The notes below the pieces were generated by a model. The model was not told the DNA's origin. It made no database searches and saw nothing but the letters and a program-made list of their open reading frames with translations. The position numbers were made by a program, and so were the translations under genes. A stretch of 64,000 bases of DNA, taken from Octopus sinensis (taxonomy: Eukaryota). Numbering within the stretch: the first letter of the stretch is position 1; every line of letters begins with the position of its first letter. Shown one piece after another: positions 53,030-64,000 of this stretch. The DNA lies in NCBI RefSeq assembly GCF_006345805.1, contig NC_043000.1, forward strand, positions 21,328,001-21,392,000, given 5' to 3'.

Positions 53030-53425
53030 AGCATATGGAGCTTTCTCGTCTCCCTAGGATCAAGTTCTATGGAGAACTTGCAATCGGAACAAAACCCAGA
53101 GGAGGCCTGAAATTCTGTTTTAAAGACCAGCTCAAACATCCTTGGCTCAAGCTAACATCCAGCCATCCTCGTGGGAACAGATTGCCATGGATAGGACAGC
53201 CTGGAGGAATGCTATCGGCAATGGGGCCAGTTCCTTCAAGTAGAACAGACAACAGAATGAAGAGGCAAAACGCTGAAGAAAGGAGTATCTTCAACATCCT
53301 TGATCTGCACTGACCATCCTATGCAAGTTCTGCCCATGACTCTTTCACTACTGACTTGGACTCCAAAGTCACCTGCAGTACAAACATCAGCTGAGGAGAC
53401 TGGATGGAAACTGACAAACCCAATG
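53030..53425 (+). mobile_element. RTE LINE ORF2 C-terminal fragment nested in a SINE
   Basis: RLPRIKFYGEL..GTKPRGG.K.CFKDQLK, then DRTAWR in the next frame. Confidence 0.8.
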
Positions 53426-53712
53426 CTCAGATACAAGCTGGAGCCGACACACCAAATCCACTCACCAGGCTTTGATTTGGCCTGGGGCTATAGCAGAAAA
53501 CACCTAAGGAGTTACACATTGGGACTGAACCAAAAACCATTTAGTTGGGTAGTAAGTTTTTTTACCTCACAGCAACACCTACATAATGATGTTAATTTCT
53601 AGCTAGATATAAGCATTGAATATTCATGTAGACTGACCGCTTATGAAAAACCTGAATACCAATTTATAATTTTGCATCTTAATATAAAATTTTTATCAAT
53701 GTTTTTCTTCAG

Positions 53713-53799
53713 AAAACCTGGTGTGTATTACTTTCGAACAGAAAGTTCTGATGTCAATAAACTCCATTATTGCGCAGTTGTTGTCAGCGAGATGAATCG
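53713..53799 (+). CDS. Exon F (KPGVYYFRTESSDVNKLHYCAVVVSEMN)
   Basis: cttcag|...|gtatgt, 87 nt, phase 2 to 2. Confidence 0.85.
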
Positions 53800-55402
53800 G
53801 TATGTAAAATTGTAATTTATTATGATAATTTCATTCTTATTATCGTCATCATCATCATCATTATCATTATTTTTAAAAAAATCATCATTAAAGTTTTTAA
53901 ATTATTAAAGGATTTAGAATGTAATCAATCTTAATAAGCAGAAACTGTTGAGGTTTAGATTTTTTTGAGTTGCAGTAGTTTTTTTTTTTCTTTTTACTCT
54001 TTTACTTGTTTCAGTCACTTGACTGTGGCCATGCTGGTTTTGGAGAGGAAGCCTCATCCTAATTTTACAGTTTTGACAATGTTACATGTGCGAATTCACA
54101 TTGAGGCAGGAGTATCTAGATGACCAGTCAGTCTGCTAGAAACAGCAGTCAAATCTCTCACAGATCTCACTTTTTAGCTTTTAATTGTCTCAGTTATTAG
54201 ACTGTAGCCATGCTGGAGCACACATTTGAAGAATTTTAGTCAAACAAATCAACCCCTGTGTTTATTAATTTTTTGTAAGGTTTGGTATTTATTCAATTAG
54301 TCTTTTGCCAAACTGCTAAGCTGCAGGGATGTAAGCACACCAACATTGGTTGTCAAGAGCAGCAGCAAGGGAAAATATAGACACAATGATGCACACACAT
54401 ACAATAGGCTTATTTCAGTTTCTATCTACCAAATCCACTCAGCCCAAGGCTATAGTAGAAGACACTTGCCCAAGGTATCATTGGGACCAAACTTGAACCC
54501 ATGTGGTTGGGAAGCAAACTTCTTACTACATAACCATGTAGTAACAATCATCTTAAAGAAGGACTGCATTAAAAATGCAATCCAACATATTTCTATAATT
54601 ATTATTAGTTATCAGTACCCCCCCCCACGACTGGCCCCCATGCCGATGGCATGTAAAAAGCACTATCCAAACGTGATCAATGCCAGGGCTGCCTAACTGG
54701 CTCCCGTGTCAGTGGCATGTAAAAAGCACCATCCAAACGTGGCTGATGCCAGTCCCCACTGACTGGCTCCTGCACCAGTGGCACATAAGAAGCACCCACT
54801 ATGCTCTTGGAGTCGTTGGTGTTAGGAAGGGCATCCAGCTGTAGAAACATTGCCAGATCAGATTGGTGCCTGGTGCAGCTGCTGGCTCTTCAGACCTCAG
54901 TCAAACCATCTATCCCATGCCAGCATGGAAAACGGATGTTAAACGATGATGATAATGATGATGACGATGACGATGACGATGATGAAGTATTGTTTTCAGT
55001 CGTGTTTGTTTGTTTGTTTGTCTGTGGACAAGATATCTCAAGAACTTCCAGATGAATTCAGATGAAACTTTCAGGGATATTTGTCCTTGTGACTGGCACA
55101 AACTGATTAGATTTTGGAATTGATCCTGTACCAGACAAGGTATCTGGATTATTTTTCCAGTGTTTTTACCTAATTTATGAGAGCAGTCAGGTTCATTCTT
55201 AGTATTCTCATTTGTGAGAGCAGTTGAGTTTATTTCAGATATTCTCATTTTAAAAATCAATTCTGGCTAATCGTTGAGAGGACGTTGGTGCTGCCTTGGT
55301 GGAGGTTTGTGCTCTCTGAGTGCTCTTGTTATATTTTACAATTATTGACAAGTTGGTTTGCTTCACAAAAACTTTGTTCAATTTACAATGTTTTAATTAT
55401 AG

Positions 55403-55499
55403 GGAATACAAAATCAATGTTTTAGACAACATGTTCCAGCCATCGATTCTTGTGATAGAAGAAGGTGAAATTGTCTGGTGGCATTGGAGCCAAGATCTG
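55403..55499 (+). CDS. Exon G (EYKINVLDNMFQPSILVIEEGEIVWWHWSQDL)
   Basis: ttatag|...|gtcagt, 97 nt, phase 2 to 0. Confidence 0.85.
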
Positions 55500-55881
55500 G
55501 TCAGTACATTTATAAACATATTCCATTTAGTGTTGTTAAATCTTGAAAGAATTAGATATAAAATTACTCTTTTAATGTGAGGTTTTGTATTATGAAACCA
55601 AGTGCTGTTTCAGCTGTTTGATATTAAAAGGGTAAATAGAAAAATTACAAAGGTCACTTATTGGTCAGTTTGTTTCAAGAACTTGTTAAACCATAGCTAG
55701 CATAACTGGGGGATGGGGGGAGGGCAGCCCCACCAGGGTGCCACTTTTAAGGGGATAGCACTTTTTATCTTGTTGTAGGCTATTGGTGTAGTCAATATGT
55801 GTTTTTCATGGGGTCTGGGGGCAGCAAATGGAAGGGCCGCCCCAGGTGACACACTCTAGTTATGCTAGTGGCTACCATATA

Positions 55882-57146
55882 CGAGGGACGTTCAATAAGT
55901 AATGCCTCTGACCCACTTGCAGTTGTTTGATCTAGCTGAAATTTTGCATGTGCAATTATTTATATGTCTGAGCTAATTGTGGTTTCTGATTTACAGGTGT
56001 TTGAACTGAGTCAAGTGTGAAATGGAGCCTGTTGAGTGTCGAGCAGTGATCCGGTTTTTGTATTTGAAAGGATGCACACCACAGGAGACTTTTGATGAAA
56101 TGAAAGTAACTTATGGTGATGATGCCCCATCATATGACCTTGTAAAACGCTGGCATCGTGAATTCAAACATGGTCGAAACTCTGTGGAAACAGCTCCCAG
56201 ATCTGGTCACCCCCTTCTGCCATTGATGAGGCATCTGTCCGTCAAGTTGAGGCTGCCATTTTGGAAGATCGACGCATAATTATTCGCTAAATAGCATATG
56301 AGGTCAAGATTAGTACCGGGTCTGTGGAAACTATCATTCATGACCATTTGCATATGCAAAAGGTGTCTGCCAGATGGATTCCCAGGTTGCTCACGCCTTT
56401 CCAGAAGCAAGAACGTGTCGAGTGCTCGAGGATGAATTTGGAGATGTGCCAAGAAGATGAGTCAAAATTTTTCAAAAGACTGATTACACAGGATGAAACC
56501 TGGGTCCATCACTATGATTCAGAGACCAAAGCCCAGTCAATGCAGTGGAAGCACCGTGACTCACCTCCTCCAAAGAAGGCAAGGGTGCAGCCCTCCACTG
56601 GCAAGGTCATGCTCACAGTCTTCTGGGACCAGGACGGAGTAGTGATGACAGATTTCCTGGCAAAGGGTACCACAATTACAGGAGCCTATTATGCTTCACT
56701 TTTGAGGAAATTATGAGAAGCTATCAAAATCAAGAGGTGGAGCAAGATCAGCAAAGGCATCCTCCTCCTGCAGGACAACGCTCCGGTCCACAACTCGTGT
56801 GTCGCCAGATCAGAAGCACAGGCGTGCTGCTATGAACTCCTCCCCCATCCCCCCTACGCTCCTGACCTTGCACCCTCTGATTTTCACCTCTTCCCAGCCA
56901 TGAAGTTTTTTTTGAAAGGAAAGCATTTCACAGATGATGCAGCCTTGATTTCTAAAGTCACGTCGTGGTTGGAGGACCAAGCTGGGGTCTTCTACAAAAA
57001 CCGTCTCCAGCGCTGCATCAAACGATGGGAGAAATGCATAACTCTGGGTGGTTCCTATGTAGAAAAAGACTAATAACTGTGCCAAGTTTCGTTGCTCTAC
57101 TGATATGGGAAGTGGGTCAGGGGCATTACTTATTGAACGCCCCTCG
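55882..57146 (+). mobile_element. Full-length mariner (D,D34D; irritans-like TIR) with inactivated transposase
   Basis: 37-bp TIRs CGAGGGACGTTCAATAAGTAATGCC... with two mismatches and TA TSDs. ATG at 56022; motifs WIPRLL, TQDETW, QDNA and YAPDLAPSDF. Frameshift near 56213 and internal stops. Confidence 0.95.
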
Positions 57147-57303
57147 TATATATAAATGAATGAATATATATATATATATATATATTATTAGTGAATGGAA
57201 GAAATGGAGTTGAACGAAGATTGTACAGAATTCCTTTTATTAAACTTTTGAATAATCTGTAACAAGAAAATTCATCTTTCTATATATATATATATATATA
57301 TTA

Positions 57304-57435
57304 CAGGATGCTAATTATATGGCATGTCATAAAGTGACCAATGGTTTTGCATCTATAAAGCACTTAGCCTTATAGATGACTCCTCGATGTTATACCATTG
57401 GTCACTCTATGACCGGTCATATAATTAACTTCCTG
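57304..57435. mobile_element. TA-flanked foldback MITE
   Basis: TA|CAGGA ... TCCTG|TA, with imperfect palindromy along its whole length. Confidence 0.7.
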
Positions 57436-57498
57436 TAAATGCATTACTGCTCTAGCATTTAGAGTGTGCTTCTTTTGTGGATATATAATCCATTGACA

Positions 57499-57565
<67 letters not shown>

Positions 57566-57890
57566 TGTGTGTGTGTGAGTTGTCTAAGAGTCCATAAGTC
57601 AGTGTTAGCATATTTAATGCAGGAAGTCATTAAAAAGCTAACTAGAAATAATTATGTAGGGAAGAAAAAGAATAATATTAGGTGATGATGGGTATTATAT
57701 TTCACCATACAATTATTTCTGGTTAACGATTTAATGCCCCTGGAATTAAATATATTAACTTTAACTGCTGTTCAATGAGGATGTAGTTTCACAAATTATT
57801 TTATCATCAATGCAGTCAATATCAGCCAGACGTTAGGACTAGAGCCATACCCTTAATGAATCAAAAATATATTCATAGCTATCTCTGTAT

Positions 57891-58048
57891 CATATTTAAA
57901 GTAGATACAGCATTGAAAGCCTGATAAACTGTGCTATTAGTCCTGAGATATCATCTCTTATAGACATATAGTTGAAAGCACAAGATGCTATCTCAAGATG
58001 AATGCCACAGTTTATCAGGCTTTCAACAATGTATCTACTTTACATATG
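57891..58048. repeat. Imperfect inverted repeat with 43-bp arms
   Basis: 57891-57933 pairs with 58006-58048, including perfect blocks TAAAGTAGATACA and TTGAAAGCCTGATAAACTGTG. Confidence 0.85.
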
Positions 58049-58147
58049 ACACACATATTGCTGTTTTGAAGTAATACTGCTTCTGTCTTTTATAATGAAT
58101 ATATTCATGTTACTGAATTTGCTTATTCTTTGTTCTTGTGTTGGTAG

Positions 58148-58219
58148 TGTGAAAATTCCCATGCTGTTTTCCAAATAGAGCCACCTGCATTAAACTCGTC
58201 TTTATACCAACCATATGAG
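58148..58219 (+). CDS. Exon H (CENSHAVFQIEPPALNSSLYQPYE)
   Basis: tggtag|...GAG|gtatgt, 72 nt, phase 0 to 0. Confidence 0.8.
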
Positions 58220-58261
58220 GTATGTGTTTTTTTTTCATTTACTTTTGACATTTCAATTTAA

Positions 58262-58337
<76 letters not shown>

Positions 58338-59074
58338 TTGTTGTTTTTGTTGTTGATACATATTGTACCTTCAGTTGACGAGCCAACATCCCAATGGTTT
58401 GGCCAGCTGCAGCTCTCATGTCTTAAGGTTATATATTTTCAATTAAACATTCACAATATTACAAATAGCTCAGTTGACATTTTTCTTTAGCCCTAGGACT
58501 CATAAAGCCAGTTATTCAGTTTCCATGGCATATAAGTATCTGAGATTATAACATAACACCTGAATGGGATGCCAGTCTATTGCAGGGATGAGGACCAATT
58601 TGGACAGGAGATAAGCTGATTACATTGAGCACCACTCTTGACTCATAATTTATATTGTTGTTTGTTCCTTCTCAAGCCATGCCTGGCTCATAAGGGCCAG
58701 TTTCCTGTTTTCCTTGGCATATAGGTTCCCCACCAGGAAAGGACGCCGGTTCTTTGCAGGTGAGCTGCGAGATGTAGGAGGAAAGACTGAGAGAAAGTTG
58801 TGGTGAAAGAGTCAGCAGAAGTTTGCCATTACCTTCTGCCAGAGCTGCATGGAGCTTATGTGTTTCACTCATAAACACACACCTCACCTGATCTGAGATT
58901 CGAACCCGTGATCCCTCGACTGCGAGTCCGCTGCTCTAACCACTAGGCCATGTGCCTCCACATACTTTATATTACCAACCCCATATGGATAAAAGATAGT
59001 GATGACCTTGGTGGGATTTGAACTCAGAATGTACAGAGTCAGAGGAAATACTGCTGAGCCTAAGGCACCGAGTT

Positions 59075-59298
59075 TGCAAAAACGTTAGCACACCGGGTGA
59101 AATGCTTAGTGGTATTTCGTCTGCCATTACGTTCTGAGCTCAAATTCTGCCGAGGTCAACTTTGCTTTTCATCCTTTCGAGGTCGATAAATTAAGTACCA
59201 GTTACACACTGGGGTCGATATAATCGACTTAATCCATTTGTCTGTCCTTGTTTGTACTCTCTATGTTTAGCCCCTTGTGGGTAGTAAAGAAATAGAAA
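59075..59298 (+). mobile_element. SINE family C
   Basis: Core as in 38676-38908. GAAATACTGCTGAGC repeats near both ends. Confidence 0.8.
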
Positions 59299-60401
59299 TA
59301 CTGCTGAGCGTGTATGTTGCCACCAAGAAGAGTAAACCATTTCAGTGTAGCAACACAGAGACAGACTCTTCTCAGCCATTTCACTAGCTGTCACTTTCCC
59401 TATAAGTTTAATAATACTCTTCTTCCAAGTTGTTTTCTCTTTCCTTTACCTTTCCCTGCTGTTCATAACAGACAGATCTAACTAATTTGTCCACACAATG
59501 CTGCAGTGCAGGATGTAATTAATTAGTTTTATAAGAAGCCAACAGAATATCAGTTTAATCCTCAATAAAATATTCTGTGGTGTTTCAGAATCAATGCCTT
59601 TCCCCACTTTTATTCTTTTATTCTTTTACTTGTTTCAGTCATTTGACTGTGGCCATGCTGGAGCACCACCTTTAGTTGAACAAATTGACTCCAGGACTTA
59701 TTCTTTGTAAGCCTAGTACTTATTCTATCGGTCTCCCATGCCAAACTGCTATGTGATGGGGATGTAAAGACACCAACATCAGTTGTCAAGCGATGGAGGG
59801 TGGGGGACAAACACAAACACAAATAACAAACACACACACATATGTATATAGCCTAGCCAGGCTCATGAGTCCAGTTTCCTGGTTTCTATGGCGTATGTGT
59901 TCCTCAGCTGGACAGGACGCCAGTCCATTGCAGCGTTTCTCAATTTTGCCAGCTGAGTGGACTGGAGCAATGTGAAATAAAGTGTTTTGCTAAAGAACAC
60001 AACACATCACCCGGTCCAGGAATCGAAACCACAGTCTTATGATCATGATGCTGACACCCTAACCACTAAGCCACGTGCCGCCACACAGCTTCTAGTAGCA
60101 TCACACAACACTTACTGATTTAAAAAATCTTCAGTCAGACTTCCTTCGTCTTCAAAACAACTGTCATCTAATAATAATTTATAGTTTTCTTGACCTGCAA
60201 TAACAAAACAAAATTAAATTAGTTTTGTGGAATACAAATAACAAACCAATAGAATTAAAATCTGAATAATAAAATATATTTGAATTTAAGCCAAAGATTT
60301 AAATTTTCTATTCATAAATTTATTGATGATGAATTTATCAATCAATAACATTTTCATATATAAATACTAAAGTTTTGTTTAATTTCCTTTTCTTTTGGCA
60401 G

Positions 60402-60436
60402 CCTGTAAAAGATGGTTTTATGTGGTTGGAACCCAG
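60402..60436 (+). CDS. Exon I (PVKDGFMWLEP)
   Basis: Strong polypyrimidine tract then gcag|...AG|gtaagt, 35 nt, phase 0 to 2. The next exon was not found in the window. Confidence 0.75.
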
Positions 60437-60997
60437 GTAAGTCTGTTAAATACTACACAATTGAGCACGTCTATTTACTACTTTTCATATTTTTATATCT
60501 AAACAATGGTTTTACTGATATTAACAAGAACTTTATATAACAGGTATTTAAGTATTACTTTTATTTTAAATATCTCTGTCATTGCCATATTTTTAATGAA
60601 ATACATTACTTAGGTATATGATAATCCATTTTTAACTATAGGACTTGAAGTAGATAATGCTTCAAGTTTTGGTATAAGGCCAGCAATTCTAAGGAATGGG
60701 GTTAATCAATTACATCAACCCTGGTGGTACTTAGTTTTTTAGTTCCTAAAGGTGGTACTTATTTTTTTTTCAGTTCCTAAAGGAAGAAAAACAAAGTCGA
60801 CCTGGGCATAATTTGAACTCAGGACATAAAGATGAACAAAATGTTGCTTAAAATTTTGTCCAGCACACTAACAATTTGGCCAGCTTACTGCCTTAATAAA
60901 ATTATAAATAATGTCTAAATATTTGGCTCAAAAAATGCATTTAGATAGAAAAAACAAAAGGTCATCTATGGCTGCTATTATTTATAGTTTTATCATA

Positions 60998-61395
60998 GTG
61001 GCAAGCTGGCAGTAACATTAGCATGCCAGGCAAAATGCTTAGTGGTATTTAGTCTGCCGCTACGTTCTGAGTTCAAAATCCGCCGAGGTCAACTTTGCCC
61101 TTCATCCTTTCAGGGTCGATTAAATAAGTACCAGTTATGCACTGGGATTGATATAATCGGGTTAATCCGTTTGTCTGTCCTTGTTTGTCTTCTCTGTATT
61201 TAGCCCCTTGTGGGTAGTAAAGAAATAGGCATTTCGTCTGTCTTTATGCTCTGAGTTCGAATTCCACCAAGGTCAACTTTGCCATTCATCCTTTTGGAGT
61301 CGATAAATTAAGTACCAGTTGTGTACTGGGTTTGATCTAATTGACTGGCCACTCCTCAAAAATTTCGGGCCTTGTGGCTAGAGTAGAAAAGATTA
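60998..61395 (+). mobile_element. CpG-decayed family C SINE dimer
   Basis: Two cores joined at AAAGAAATAG|GCATTTCGTCTG. Confidence 0.8.
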
Positions 61396-61865
61396 TTTAT
61401 AGTTTTATCTAACTCAGGTTCCACAATTAAAAACGAATTATTTCACATCTTTAAATTATTATGACATAAATTAATGCATATCTATATATATATTCTTTGA
61501 CTTTATTCATTTAAAATTTTCTGAATTATATGTTTTAAACATAGGTGATTATAATTTTGCAAGAACCCAGTTCAGTTTTTTAAAATAATTGCAAAAATCA
61601 GATGAGTTTAGTTGAATGCATAATTTTTTTTATATAACCAAGATAGTGTTTCAGAACAAAAGATTCTTACATAAAACTAGGATGGACCGTTTTAATATAA
61701 ATATGAACATTTTAAAGTGAGAGGATTTGTATCATGAAACCAGAGCCTGTTACAGGATGGTCAGTATTAAAAGGGTTAATATAAATAAAACTTTACAAGG
61801 GTCACTCATTTGTCAGTTGATTTGAAGAGCTTGTTAAGCCATAGCTAGCAAATGCATGCATACAT

Positions 61866-62373
<508 letters not shown>

Positions 62374-62942
62374 GTTAATGTTTGTTTTTATGTTCAGTTA
62401 TAATAAAGACAATTTTACATTAATTTGATGGGTTACTCTATACTTCTGTAGAATACAAATTTATTATTCTTATACAAGAATGTTGTTGATAGTGACTTCT
62501 AAGTTTCAGCCAGTTAAACCATTGTCAGACTGTCTTAGAAATAAAAGAAAATCTACAGTGTAAGGTAAAGTGGTCAAGAAGATCACTTCTCAGTTACATG
62601 TTTGTGTCTGTGTATGTCCCCCCCTCACCATCATTTGACAACTGATGTTGGTGTGTTTACGTCCCCGTAACTTCCAGTAACTTCAGCAAAAGAGACCGAT
62701 AGAATAAGTACTAGGCTTACAAAGAATAAGTTCTGGGGTCGATTTGTTCAACTAAAGGCGGTGCTCCAGCATGGCTGCAGTCAAATGACTGAAACAAATA
62801 AAAGAATATATATATATTTATATATTGGGCACGTTTCTTCTACTATAGCCTTAGCCTGACTAAAGCCCTGTGAGTGGATTTGGTAGACAGAAACTGAAAG
62901 AAGCACATCATGTATGTATATATATATATATATATATACATG

Positions 62943-62979
<37 letters not shown>

Positions 62980-64000
62980 ATATATTTTGGTGATGTTTTT
63001 CAATGAAAAATGTTATTATAAGGTTTTGACATAAGCTGAAGATATTCAACATAAATTAGAGTAGTCGATAGCACAGCAAATCACTGCTTGGCTTAACTGT
63101 GACAATTATGATTTGGATTTTCAAATAATGTTTGCTAAGTTGGACATCCTTTGTTTATTCTTCTGTCTGTCATTGAACGAATTGTTTTTACGCCGATCTG
63201 TTGTAATAAGACAAACATTTTGTAAAATGAATCATGAGTTATGGGAAATGATATTTACTTCCATCACCAGTGTCATCTTCATCATCATCCTCACCACAAC
63301 CATCACCACCACCAACACCAACGCCAACGCCAACGCCAACACCATCACCACCAGCAGCACCATTACCACCATCACTATCACCTCCAGCACCACTAATGCC
63401 AGCCGTTCAAGAATTTGGACCTGGAGATCTCTATTTCCAGTGACTTCAAGGGCCACCTCCTAGTAGTATCGGGCATCAATGAAGAGCCCTCGACTACAAG
63501 ACGACCAAAGTGTTTTTTCCCAAGGTCTGGGGTCTCCTGCCCCTAAGCCCCAGGCCATCACCTAATCACCCTTACCCATCTTGTTGCTTAACAACAACAA
63601 CAACCAATGCCAACATCACCAGCAGCACCACCGCTACCACCACAACCATCACCACCACCACCACCACTATCATCATCATTATTACCATTATCATGGGCTG
63701 TTCCATAGTTCTGGCCATGGAATCAGTTTGTCAGTGCCTATTTCGAAAGATGAAACCTGAATTATATAATGTCAAATACCAGGGCAAAAACGAATGTTAA
63801 TACACTAACTGGGATCCACCGACAAGGTCATGCACTGTTTATCCTGATATGAGATCACCATGTTGCACACATATGGTTGTGATGTATGTGCTTGGTGTAC
63901 CCTTATCAAATTTAGAAGAAATGTCGATGATGATGATGATGATGTCCTTGTCATCACCATCACCATGATCATCGCCATCATCATTATCATGCTTATGTAG

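Overview
AT-rich eukaryotic DNA dense in microsatellites and SINEs. The tRNA-derived SINE landscape suggests a coleoid cephalopod, probably an octopus (inference only). Most six-frame ORFs are microsatellite artefacts. Supported content: (1) a + strand spliced gene not called by the ORF track, with 9 frame-consistent GT-AG exons (42067-60436, running off the window) encoding tandem cupredoxin-like repeats, a candidate promoter/first exon near 38.4-38.6 kb and a partial duplicate of one exon; (2) decayed transposons: a Chapaev-like CMC element, three mariner relics, LINE fragments (RTE, CR1-like, HERO-like), Helitron-like, hAT, piggyBac-like and 8-bp-TSD MITEs; (3) many SINEs; (4) at least four distinct short repeats carrying minimal type I hammerhead-ribozyme folds, mostly next to (TA)n, plus several long foldback hairpins. 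SINE copies inside the gene body are strongly CpG-decayed, while upstream copies are not.
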